IMG/VR virus record: IMGVR_UViG_3300044977_000112
Reading direction: 5' to 3' (one strand)
DNA from: an uncultured virus (IMG/VR IMGVR_UViG_3300044977_000112)
Lineage: Duplodnaviria; Heunggongvirae; Uroviricota; Caudoviricetes
DNA: 20,000 nt
The position numbers were made by a program, and so were the translations under genes. Numbering within the stretch: the first letter of the stretch is position 1; each line of letters opens with the position of its first letter. This document shows positions 1-8,117 of this stretch, in pieces. Under the pieces are notes generated by a model, which was not told the DNA's origin, searched no databases, and worked only from the letters and a program-made list of their open reading frames with translations.

Positions 1-24
1 CAAGATTGTGAGGCTGACGACCAA

Positions 25-378
25 ATGAACCGAGTAGCCATCACTATCACCGCCGACCTCGACCTCATGCAGCTCGTGGGCATGGAAGGGCCGATGTCCA
101 GCAACCCCAAACTCACGGCCAATATCCTCCGCGCTGCGTTGCGGTCCACTCTCCGCGGAGTCAAGGAATCTGGAGTTATCGCCATCCTGCCTGAAGGGAC
201 GCCGATTCCCACGCATCAACTCATGATCGAGGGATTCACGCCGCCGGAAGTGGGCGGCATCATCGACGCATGGGGAGCCAAGGAAGGTGTCCGCATGATG
301 GAAGAAGTCATGCAAAGCAATCGCTCGATCTGCTCGCACGAAGTTACTTCGACTCAACTTGAGGCACCTCTGGGTTGA
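25..378 (+). CDS. Hypothetical protein (117 aa)
   Basis: Clean ORF with GAGG upstream of the ATG and the same codon style as the following gene; no recognised motif. Confidence 0.75.
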   Translation: MNRVAITITADLDLMQLVGMEGPMSSNPKLTANILRAALRSTLRGVKESGVIAILPEGTPIPTHQLMIEGFTPPEVGGIIDAWGAKEGVRMMEEVMQSNRSICSHEVTSTQLEAPLG

Positions 379-388
379 GGTGTCGCCT

Positions 389-2203
389 GTGGCCAAGTTC
401 CAGATACCACGTCTTCAGCAGCACACACAGCCGCTTTCAGATTGGTTCCTCGTTGTAATCCAAAATAGCTTGACGGTCACCACTCCGGATGGCGATGTCA
501 CAGGCTACACATTTCAGGAATACTGGCTCGAGGCGGACGATGGCAGCTATGACGTGAAAGGGGCGGGCAGGCTTGGAACGGCCCAGAATCCAGGAATTCC
601 GATCACGGGCCAGACACTGGAGGAAGGTGATTTTGCTTTAGCAAAAGCGGCGGAAGGGGCCGGCAATCTCTACTGGCAACTCGTGGGAATAAGTGCGAGT
701 CTGTCTGGGGCTTATTTCCCGGCACAACTTACTACCCCATACTCCGCTTCGACGGGCTATGACTGGCAACTCCTTGTTCGCGAAACCTCTCCTCAGTCTT
801 ACATCCTTTCCTATCCGGCCGTGACAGGCAACAACGCCGTCGAGGTGGGCAATAACGTCACCCTTCAGCCGGGCCGCAACGCGATCTTCTTTCCCGATCC
901 CACGACTCCCGGGGCATGGATGTTTGAGCTGTGGCCGTTACCGCTTGTCGCTGAGGTCTGCCCGATAGTGACCAGTGGGGTGTTCACTGGGTTTGATGTG
1001 GAAACATGGAAACAGGATGGTAGTACAGAATGCGAAGTTAATCCTGATGATTGCTGCGTAACACCCGCTCCAAGCTGCAGTATTTGTCCAGGCAGCGTAT
1101 TGCCTTCACCAATGTACGTGACGTTTATTAGTGGTTGCTCTGGTCTAGATGGACAAACATTTGAAATTGGTGAATTGACCCCCATTCCCGGTACAGGTGG
1201 AGCGGCACAATTTGATTTTAGTTTTGAGTGTGTGGATGGTTTAATTAATTTTGGAGGAGAAATTGCTTTTGAAGGAGGATCGGTACCATGTTCCGCTGGT
1301 ACGGTATCATGGCTTGATACGAGTTGTTTATATGGTGTGTTTTGTGGAATTGTGTCACTGAGTAATTGGTCCGAGGAAGGTATTGACTGCAATGGTTCGT
1401 TTGAGGGGTGCGCCGCCAATCCTTTGGTACTGATGATAAGTTCTGACCCTGATGGAGACTGTTCACAAGGATTCACTTGGAACTGTATATCAAATCAGTG
1501 TATTCCAATTTCGGGTTCCGATGGACAATATGCAACATATTCCGAATGCTTGGATGGATGTGGTGCCGGCAATCCAACCTTTACTCCTCTCGGCAAGGCG
1601 CAAGTAGTCGGTAATACATTGTCGATTCCAGCTGGTACAATACCGGCTGGATCGGTTCTGGTATTATCGATTCTTGCACTGAGCAGTAGTGCGCCAGTAC
1701 CGTCAGCTACTTTCGGAGGCAATTCATTCCTTGGTTTCGGCGGGGTAGTTGTTCCAGGTGCGATTACTGGAGGAATCACTTACCAAGCATGGCTTCAAGT
1801 GCCGACAACTACAACTGGAACCGTAGTTATCAATATAACTAATGCTATAGTAATTTTGGCAAGTATGTTAGAGATTAAAGACCTTCCAAACAATGGTACT
1901 GAAGATATAAATAATGGAGCAAACGGCACTGCCTCCGCCCCCTCAATACCACCCTTTGGGCCAACTTCTAAACCTGTTGAATTTTGGGTTGCAACGACAG
2001 GATCTATATCAGCCAGTACGATCACTCCAAGTACGTGGAACAGCCCATTCAGCGATGATGGCCAAGATCAGACTTTAACTAATGCGGGCATCGTTTACGA
2101 ATTACAGACGGGGTACGACATTGTCACATCGATTGGTTCACCGAATCCTACTATGTCTGGTACTCAGGCAGCGTGGTCTAGCTTAGCGAGGACATATTCA
2201 TGA
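389..2203 (+). CDS. Putative tail fibre / virion structural protein, Cys-rich middle and Thr/Ser/Gly-rich C-terminus
   Basis: Long ORF (track start 359). GTG at 389 follows GAGGTG and avoids overlap with the upstream gene. Beta-rich T/S/G/N composition, Cys clusters (CEVNPDDCC; WNCISNQC...YSECLDGC). Function inferred from composition and context. Confidence 0.6.
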   Translation: MAKFQIPRLQQHTQPLSDWFLVVIQNSLTVTTPDGDVTGYTFQEYWLEADDGSYDVKGAGRLGTAQNPGIPITGQTLEEGDFALAKAAEGAGNLYWQLVGISASLSGAYFPAQLTTPYSASTGYDWQLLVRETSPQSYILSYPAVTGNNAVEVGNNVTLQPGRNAIFFPDPTTPGAWMFELWPLPLVAEVCPIVTSGVFTGFDVETWKQDGSTECEVNPDDCCVTPAPSCSICPGSVLPSPMYVTFISGCSGLDGQTFEIGELTPIPGTGGAAQFDFSFECVDGLINFGGEIAFEGGSVPCSAGTVSWLDTSCLYGVFCGIVSLSNWSEEGIDCNGSFEGCAANPLVLMISSDPDGDCSQGFTWNCISNQCIPISGSDGQYATYSECLDGCGAGNPTFTPLGKAQVVGNTLSIPAGTIPAGSVLVLSILALSSSAPVPSATFGGNSFLGFGGVVVPGAITGGITYQAWLQVPTTTTGTVVINITNAIVILASMLEIKDLPNNGTEDINNGANGTASAPSIPPFGPTSKPVEFWVATTGSISASTITPSTWNSPFSDDGQDQTLTNAGIVYELQTGYDIVTSIGSPNPTMSGTQAAWSSLARTYS

Positions 2204-3540
2204 CAAGTCCTTGTCTCAAAACTGATGGCACTTGGCGGAAAGGATGCGTTGACCCCAATGGAGCAATACCACCAATTCCGGGGAAATCCAGACCGGCTTG
2301 TAAAAAGTTTGGCAAGCCGACGGGTAAGACAGAAACGTGCCAGACATGTCGGGGTAAAGTGAACTTGAAAATTTTCGAGTGTTCGGAGTTTGAATCGTGT
2401 ACTCCGGAAACAAAGCTTCCTGGTCATGCGTGCTGCAAAGGCTGCACGAAATATGAGCCTGTGGAGAAGCCATTTCGCGGCATGAAGTCACCGCGAGACA
2501 AGCGCAGTACCTATCATGGTGGCATTCTGCAGGTCCACCTTACAAGAGCGTGCGACCGCTCTTGTTTCGCGTGCACACAGGGTAGCAACTTCGCTGGCAA
2601 ACCCGAGTTCATGACTCCCGACCAGGCCCGAGTAGCTTTCGATTCTCTCCAAGGCTACTTCGGAGTCATCGCCCTGTTCGGCGGCAATCCCTGCATTTCC
2701 CCGCACTTTGAGGAAATCTGCAAAATCATGCGCGGTGCTGTGCCGTGGAACCGCCGAGGCCTGTGGAGTAATCATCCGTTGGGGAAAGGGAAGATATGCC
2801 GGCAGACGTTCAATCCCGCCGTCTCGAACCTCAACGTACACGAGAGCCAAGAGGCATACAACGAATTTGCGGGGGACTGGCCAGAGAGCAAGCCCTACTT
2901 GAAAGGCCTGGATTGCGATTCCGCGCACCGGCCTCCGTTCGTTGAACTGAATCAAATGATCCCCGATGAAGCTGAACGCTGGCGACTTATTCGCGATTGC
3001 AAGATTAACGCAGAATGGTCGGCGATGATCGGCATCTTCCGCGGACAACTTCGCGGCTGGTTCTGCGAGATCGCTGGTGCGCAGTCGATGCTCCACCAGT
3101 ATGATTCAGAGATTTGTGAAAAGTGTGGAGGCAAGGGAACAACGACCGCCCAATATCACCCTGAGGGAGTAGAACCCGTTGAATATCCTTGTTGGGACTG
3201 TGCTCCAACAGGAGGATTTTATGGAAAACACGGGCCATCTGAAGGTAGAGTTTGGGGCTACCCCGACACGGGTCATCGGATCGTCTCGGGCTGGTGGAAC
3301 AAACCCATCGACGCTTTCGAGGAACAAGTGACATATCACTGTCACCGCTGCGGCATTCCACTTCCTTCGGAGAGTATACTTGCCAACGGTGGCGAGGTCG
3401 AAGTAGTTACCCTGGGCTATGAGCGTATCGCCAAACCAAAGCGACTAGGGCGGCAGGTGTTGACGCTTCTGGAACCAGCGCCTCGGCTCGGTAATCCAAA
3501 TCGAGAAGTAATTCGCTATCTCGAATCGGGCAAGCCATGA
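2200..3540 (+). CDS. Radical SAM protein with N-terminal Cys-rich domain and C-terminal auxiliary Cys motifs
   Basis: CxxxCxxC (TRACDRSCFACTQ) after a beta strand, GGNP at the GGEP position, later Cys motifs (DCKIN, WFCEIAG, HCHRCG). ATGA overlap with the upstream gene. Confidence 0.9.
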   Translation: MTSPCLKTDGTWRKGCVDPNGAIPPIPGKSRPACKKFGKPTGKTETCQTCRGKVNLKIFECSEFESCTPETKLPGHACCKGCTKYEPVEKPFRGMKSPRDKRSTYHGGILQVHLTRACDRSCFACTQGSNFAGKPEFMTPDQARVAFDSLQGYFGVIALFGGNPCISPHFEEICKIMRGAVPWNRRGLWSNHPLGKGKICRQTFNPAVSNLNVHESQEAYNEFAGDWPESKPYLKGLDCDSAHRPPFVELNQMIPDEAERWRLIRDCKINAEWSAMIGIFRGQLRGWFCEIAGAQSMLHQYDSEICEKCGGKGTTTAQYHPEGVEPVEYPCWDCAPTGGFYGKHGPSEGRVWGYPDTGHRIVSGWWNKPIDAFEEQVTYHCHRCGIPLPSESILANGGEVEVVTLGYERIAKPKRLGRQVLTLLEPAPRLGNPNREVIRYLESGKP

Positions 3541-4049
3541 CCGAAGATATCTTTGCCGGCCAATCCTACGCCAAACCGGACGAGCTGGCAAAGCTCATCG
3601 AGCTACTTCCGGCGAGCGGCTGGTTCCTGGAAATCGGCTCGGCCCACGGCGTCACTGCTTCAATGATCGCTCGAGCCCATCCAGGCTCGCGGATCGTGTC
3701 AATCGATCCCTATATCGATCCCCATCCCGAAAGGTTGGCGAACTGGAAAGCCAACCAGGTCGCGAATCAGCATCTCTGGGTTGGAGAAATCGATACATTC
3801 CACTTATTTTGTGGCCAAAAATTCGATGTGGTTTTTGTAGATGGCGATCATCGGTACGCAGGCGTAATGCGCGATCTACTTTATGCGACGATGCTGGTCA
3901 AAGAAGACGGAACGATTGCGGTCCATGATTGCGGCGATCCAGAATGGTATCAAGTTCAACAGGCATTCGACAGATTTATATCTGCTCAGCATAAATGGAA
4001 AATTGACGCAGTAGTAGGATCGTTGGCAATTTTGAGGATGGGGAAATGA
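3537..4049 (+). CDS. Class I SAM-dependent methyltransferase (Methyltransf_24-like)
   Basis: FLEIGSAHG motif I, VSIDPY, FDVVFVDGDHRYAGV and IAVHD motifs; ATGA overlaps at both ends. Confidence 0.9.
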   Translation: MTEDIFAGQSYAKPDELAKLIELLPASGWFLEIGSAHGVTASMIARAHPGSRIVSIDPYIDPHPERLANWKANQVANQHLWVGEIDTFHLFCGQKFDVVFVDGDHRYAGVMRDLLYATMLVKEDGTIAVHDCGDPEWYQVQQAFDRFISAQHKWKIDAVVGSLAILRMGK

Positions 4050-4786
4050 TTCCAATTCGCGGTATAGTCGTTTGTGTGGATTATGATTGCGAACTTGAAA
4101 TCACGCTGCCTCGCAATATGCGTCATTTCACCGAATGCCTGGTGATCACTTCACCTGCTGACAAAAAAACTTCCAGGGTCGTGGCCGAAGTTCCTGATGC
4201 TCGCTGCTATGTCACGGACGCCTTTTACCGGAGCGGCGCGAAGTTAAACAAAGGCTTGGCACTGGAAGAGGGATTCACGGCGCTGGGCCGTTGGGGGACC
4301 ATTCTTGTCTGGGATGCCGATATTGTTCTGCCCGACGCGATCCCCCTTCCCAAGCTTGATCGCGATACCCTCTACGGCGCTCCGCGGCGGATTCTACACG
4401 ACCCCAAACGCTGGTCGTCTTCACTCGACTGGCGGCAGATACCCGTGGACAAAGACCCAACAGTCCCGGGTTATTTCCAGCTCTTCAACGCCGAAGCCAA
4501 ATGCCTCCAGAGTCGCCCTTGGTATGGCATAGATTTTACCCATGCGGGAGGTGGAGACGCTGTCTTCATGATGAAATTCAAACAGAGGGCGAAACTTCCT
4601 TTCGAGGTCCTGCACCTCGGCCCGAACAACAAGAATTGGTTCGGGCGCGTGAGCGATAGACTCGATGGCGAACCAGTATCGGAATCGGCGGTCCGGGATA
4701 GAAATGCCGCAATGAAGAGACTGGAACGCTCTCGCGGGGCAACTGGCCGTTTGCCGTGGGAGCAGACGAAAGATTTCCCAACATAA
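4046..4786 (+). CDS. GT-A fold glycosyltransferase-like protein
   Basis: N-terminal IVVCVDY strand, NKGLALEEG helix, ILVWDADIVL DxD motif, GYFQLF and AGGGDAVF motifs. Confidence 0.8.
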   Translation: MIPIRGIVVCVDYDCELEITLPRNMRHFTECLVITSPADKKTSRVVAEVPDARCYVTDAFYRSGAKLNKGLALEEGFTALGRWGTILVWDADIVLPDAIPLPKLDRDTLYGAPRRILHDPKRWSSSLDWRQIPVDKDPTVPGYFQLFNAEAKCLQSRPWYGIDFTHAGGGDAVFMMKFKQRAKLPFEVLHLGPNNKNWFGRVSDRLDGEPVSESAVRDRNAAMKRLERSRGATGRLPWEQTKDFPT

Positions 4787-4871
4787 ACGGGTCCACTCAT
4801 TCGCTTAAACCGCAATTCTTATTCTGCGCCGCATTCCGCATTCCCTACAATTCGTCCAAGGAGGCTATGCG

Positions 4872-5264
4872 ATGGCAGAGGAACATGAAGCCGAGCCCCG
4901 GGGTAAATTCGCATCAGGCGTCCACGAGACCAGAAAGGCTGTTTTAACGCTCATCAATCTGACCGATACCCAGCGGGCGTGGCTGGCCATTTCGACGATC
5001 CTGGCCTGCTGTATCGGCGGTCTGGCCTGGATGATGAGTGCCTGGCGATCCGATGTCCACGACGAAAGAGCGTTGACGACGCGGGCTTATGAAGCGGAAT
5101 CGGAACGCGGGCGGATGTGGTATTCACAGGAACGGGATAAGGATCGACTCTGGCAGGCCGAGCAGAACGAAAAGAACCGCTCAGCTACAATGGCACTGGT
5201 GGTGAAGATGGATCAGGTTTTGGCGGCAATTCGGGCGAAGAAGAATGGGATAGAAGATGATTAG
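4872..5264 (+). CDS. Single-pass membrane protein with coiled-coil tail (holin-like candidate)
   Basis: AAGGAGG RBS; hydrophobic segment WLAISTILACCIGGLAWMM followed by a charged helical region. Confidence 0.7.
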   Translation: MAEEHEAEPRGKFASGVHETRKAVLTLINLTDTQRAWLAISTILACCIGGLAWMMSAWRSDVHDERALTTRAYEAESERGRMWYSQERDKDRLWQAEQNEKNRSATMALVVKMDQVLAAIRAKKNGIEDD

Positions 5265-5499
5265 ACCCCGCAATTCCCGCCGTCTTCCTGCCCACCAGTT
5301 CATCGAGGCTGATCTGAAATCCATCAGCCATCATGATAAGATTCGCCAACCCTGGAACTCGCCCTGCATTCTCGAACTGGGCAATCTGGTTGCTCCCAAA
5401 GCCGCATGCTTCTGCAAGTTCGTCCTGAGTCCAAGAACGGTTTTCGCGGAGTTTCTTGAGATGGGATCCAAAAGAGCGAATGAGGGTGGAAGTAGTCAT
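5185..5499 (-). CDS. XRE-family helix-turn-helix transcriptional regulator
   Basis: FGSHLKKLRENRSWTQDELAEACG...IAQFENAGRVPGLANLIMMADGFQISLDELVGR fits HTH_XRE. ATG at 5499 overlaps the upstream stop (ATGA). Confidence 0.92.
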   Translation of the reverse strand: MTTSTLIRSFGSHLKKLRENRSWTQDELAEACGFGSNQIAQFENAGRVPGLANLIMMADGFQISLDELVGRKTAGIAGSNHLLSHSSSPELPPKPDPSSPPVPL

Positions 5500-6056
5500 A
5501 AGTTGCCACCTCCGCGTCGTCCGGTACATTCACACGCTTCGCAGTTTACTTCCTTGGGATCAAGTCCTATCCCAATGCAGGAAGGACAAGGTTCCCACTT
5601 GGCGGCAAGATTAACGCACTTTTCGACACAGCTACCGACAACCACTTCAATTTGTGCTGTCATGTAACGAAACCATGACTCCTGATTCTGATCGCGCTGG
5701 GCCTCTTGGCTTGCCTCCGCGTCGTTCTCTTCCCATCCGGTGATAAGTGTTTGTACAGCTTGGTTGATTTCTGATGCAATCGCCGCTGTGAGGTATTTGT
5801 CATCCGAAACGGGTTTTTTATAAGTTTCAGACAACGCCTTTCCGATGGGGGTTTGATAACCCCAATCGCCCGGAGCGCCAAACGCTTTATGCCATGCTCT
5901 CCCCTCGACCAGTCGGGCCAGAACATTAAACAATTCGGCGTTGTCCCGATCTTCTCGGCTTGTCTCTTCATCAGCATCGTCCTGATCCAGAATGGCTTTC
6001 GCACGCTGGCGAAGAGCGAGAGTAACGGGCTTCCAATTCGTGATAGCATCTTTCAT
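5496..6056 (-). CDS. Hypothetical protein with C-terminal CxxCxGxG-type zinc finger
   Basis: CPSCIGIG...CEACECTG; ATGA-coupled to both neighbours. Confidence 0.75.
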   Translation of the reverse strand: MKDAITNWKPVTLALRQRAKAILDQDDADEETSREDRDNAELFNVLARLVEGRAWHKAFGAPGDWGYQTPIGKALSETYKKPVSDDKYLTAAIASEINQAVQTLITGWEENDAEASQEAQRDQNQESWFRYMTAQIEVVVGSCVEKCVNLAAKWEPCPSCIGIGLDPKEVNCEACECTGRRGGGNL

Positions 6057-6703
6057 GATACAACCTCTCTTTCTGCAAGCTTCTTCATGTCAGCCAAAGC
6101 ATCTTCATTCGAGTCGAAGAATCGCACTGGCGAAATCAGATAGCCACTTGCCTTGTAAATCTGCATTGCGGCAAATTCAGGCGATGTTTGTTGTTCCAAT
6201 TCGCGACCCTCTTTTCCAGCTAATGCTACGACCCATCCGGCACGGCAATGCGTTGTTCCACAATATCCACCTTCAGGAGAAACCTCTTCATCGGTGTGCC
6301 AAGTGGACATATTGAGGCAATTTGGTCTTGATGCAGCTTCATAAACCTTCTTGTGAATTTCCGTAATGACTGGGATTTTCCTGGCACCGACTTCGATTTT
6401 TGATGGTGCCATGCCGGAGCAGTCGGAGCAGCGGGAGCAGCGGGAGCAGTCGGAGCAGTCGGAGCAGCCGGAGCAGCGGGAGCAGCCGGAGCAGTCGGAG
6501 CAGCGGGAGCAGTCGGAGCAGTCGGAGCAGTCGGAGCAGTCGGAGCAGCCGGAGCAGCCGGAGCAGCGGGAGCAGTTTGTCGTTTTCTTGCAATCGATTA
6601 GGCTATCTAAAGCCTTTTGCGCTTTTTCTTGCGTACCGAACCATTCGACATAGCAACGGTTACCTTTGGTGTCCTCAACGAATTCAACGGTCGTAGCAGT
6701 CAT
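6053..6703 (-). CDS. Cys-Ser-x repeat protein with C-terminal 'WH...CGTTHCRAGW' domain
   Basis: ATG at 6703 follows an AAGGA RBS (track start 6859 overlaps the upstream gene). 18 CSx units; the C-terminal domain resembles the one I recall on phage pentapeptide-repeat proteins. Confidence 0.8.
   Translation of the reverse strand: MTATTVEFVEDTKGNRCYVEWFGTQEKAQKALDSLIDCKKTTNCSRCSGCSGCSDCSDCSDCSDCSRCSDCSGCSRCSGCSDCSDCSRCSRCSDCSGMAPSKIEVGARKIPVITEIHKKVYEAASRPNCLNMSTWHTDEEVSPEGGYCGTTHCRAGWVVALAGKEGRELEQQTSPEFAAMQIYKASGYLISPVRFFDSNEDALADMKKLAEREVVS
6413..6574 (-). repeat. Coding 9-bp tandem repeat, 18 copies of TGC TCC (CGC/GGC/GAC)
   Basis: Read directly: the + strand shows GGAGCAG recurring every 9 bp. 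Confidence 0.98.
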
Positions 6704-6749
6704 GGTATTCCTTGGTTTGAGCAATGAGTAATTGGTAAACAGCATAAAA

Positions 6750-7103
6750 TCAAACGCTTCCACCTCGTAAGTCAGCGACGAATTCGCCCCACTGGAAGCA
6801 ATCGCGCCACTGAGTTTCGCGGACGCCGGGAACCGAAACGGCAAGAGCCTCATCTTCATTGGCCGGATCGTAATCCCAGTTGACGTGGTTCGCCCACACT
6901 TCGACGATTTCCCATGATGCTGCGGATGGATTCCATTCTTCGCCCTCGTGGGTTCCCTCAGTGGGGGCAGTCAAGCGTGCCCAGTAGTATCCGGGCTTCA
7001 GAGGCAGGTTATTTTGCATTATCTCCCATCTCCTATCTTCGGGTGACCAGAAGGAACAATCTGGGGGATCAATGCCCCGGAGAGTGTTGCGAGGATCATT
7101 CAT
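6750..7103 (-). CDS. Hypothetical phage protein, Trp-rich (alternative start 7019)
   Basis: PLKPGYYWAR motif typical of small phage proteins; GGGAG precedes the ATG at 7019. Confidence 0.7.
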   Translation of the reverse strand: MNDPRNTLRGIDPPDCSFWSPEDRRWEIMQNNLPLKPGYYWARLTAPTEGTHEGEEWNPSAASWEIVEVWANHVNWDYDPANEDEALAVSVPGVRETQWRDCFQWGEFVADLRGGSV

Positions 7104-7105
7104 GA

Positions 7106-7321
7106 TTAAGCTCCCCAGTTATCTGGAATTGATGTTACGATTTCCTCGATCCAGGCATTCCAAACTCGCTTGGCCATTTCGTCGGTTTCGCAGTTGTGAA
7201 GGATCACATATCGACCAATAATTTCTCCTGGATTCAACCGTCGCACAATATACTGGTTGTCCACGCTGCAATTGCGAGCGTCATTTCCCAAAAGGTCAAT
7301 CCACGTCTTCTGAGCGATCAT
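7106..7321 (-). CDS. Hypothetical protein (71 aa)
   Basis: AAGGG RBS, in series with the minus-strand operon. Confidence 0.65.
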   Translation of the reverse strand: MIAQKTWIDLLGNDARNCSVDNQYIVRRLNPGEIIGRYVILHNCETDEMAKRVWNAWIEEIVTSIPDNWGA

Positions 7322-7338
7322 TTTAGCCCTTTATGTTT

Positions 7339-7390
7339 GGCCTCATCGGCTGCCGCATGACGGCAAGACCGGCTTTCGCCGGTTTCGGCC
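7339..7390 (-). ncRNA. Type II hammerhead ribozyme with CCGAUGA core variant
   Basis: Minus strand reads GGCC GAAA CCGGC GAAA GCCGG UC UUGCCGU CAU GCGGCAG CCGAUGA GGCC. All three stems pair, GAAA and GUC are correctly placed, and the core differs from CUGANGA at one position. Confidence 0.85.
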
Positions 7391-7564
7391 TTAGATTCGG
7401 ACCAGTGATAGGACTTTGTAAGGACTGCCGCCACCGCAGGGTTTCATGACCTTTTGGCCAACTTTGAACGGCGTGCTTGAGCACCGGGGAAGGATCATGG
7501 TATAGGTCATTCCTTCAAGTGTTCCACCGATGAACAGGATTTCGATTTCGTAGGTTGCGAGCAT
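7391..7564 (-). CDS. Hypothetical protein (57 aa), first gene of the leftward operon
   Basis: ATG at 7564 with GGAG RBS; the track start at 7603 sits at about the predicted transcription start. Confidence 0.6.
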   Translation of the reverse strand: MLATYEIEILFIGGTLEGMTYTMILPRCSSTPFKVGQKVMKPCGGGSPYKVLSLVRI

Positions 7565-7611
7565 GTTCAGGACTCCGAAGGGGTTTGGGTTTCCGTCTCT
7601 CATCTACCAAT

Positions 7612-7640
7612 ACTATACGCTATCGTCATGAGAAGTGCAA
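7612..7640 (-). promoter_or_regulatory. Sigma70-type promoter, leftward
   Basis: TTGCAC (7640-7635), 17-bp spacer, TATAGT (7617-7612), with an AT-rich stretch upstream; intergenic. Confidence 0.8.
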
Positions 7641-7688
7641 TACGATTTCGTAAAGATTTTCTGAAAATGTTTTGCTGCCAGAAATGAC

Positions 7689-8117
7689 CTACTTCGCCCA
7701 CACGCTACACTCGCCCACTCTCACCCACCACGTCACTCCCGCTCCCCGGTTCTTCCCGTCTTCCACTCGCCCCACGCACCGCCCCACCACGTCAATCGGC
7801 CGGCAGTTATCGGCTAATCCGCCTCCATACTCGCACACCAGGACCGGCTCACTTCCCGGCATTCCAGAGAAAAAGCAGATCTGCCCTTCTCGTACTTCGT
7901 ACTCCTTCGCCCCGAAGCTCAGCCGCACTTTCCGACCCGTGTAATTTGCATCGGCTTGCTGAATGCTCAAGTCTCGATATGATTTAATCAGAGCTTTTGG
8001 CGATACCTGCTCGGCGGGTTCCGTGGTAGGATTGGTGCGGCACGAAACGATCATCGTCGCAATCCCAGTCATCAAAACCAACGATCCGCAAAGAGCAACA
8101 AGAGGGCGAACAGTCAT
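7689..8117 (-). CDS. Putative exported or lipoprotein, possibly tRNA_anti-like OB-fold
   Basis: Hydrophobic N-terminus ending IVSC; VSPKALIKSY...ADANYTGRKVRL resembles OB-fold lipoproteins from memory. Start uncertain. Confidence 0.55.
   Translation of the reverse strand: MTVRPLVALCGSLVLMTGIATMIVSCRTNPTTEPAEQVSPKALIKSYRDLSIQQADANYTGRKVRLSFGAKEYEVREGQICFFSGMPGSEPVLVCEYGGGLADNCRPIDVVGRCVGRVEDGKNRGAGVTWWVRVGECSVWAK

Noticed and set aside
3100..3258. Intein or intron in the radical SAM gene
   Set aside because: Too short, no C-terminal HN followed by C/S/T, and the reading frame is uninterrupted.
865..3361. Long minus-strand ORFs (865-1476, 2488-3096 and others)
   Set aside because: Antisense shadows of well-supported plus-strand genes, with no motifs or RBS.
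6413..6574. CRISPR array
   Set aside because: Contiguous 9-bp units with no spacers, inside a coding frame.
6339..6696. Alternative-frame ORFs over the 9-bp repeat (poly-LLR, EQS and SSR proteins)
   Set aside because: A stop-free 9-bp repeat is open in several frames. Only the CSx frame has an RBS, coupling to a neighbour and a sensible C-terminal domain.
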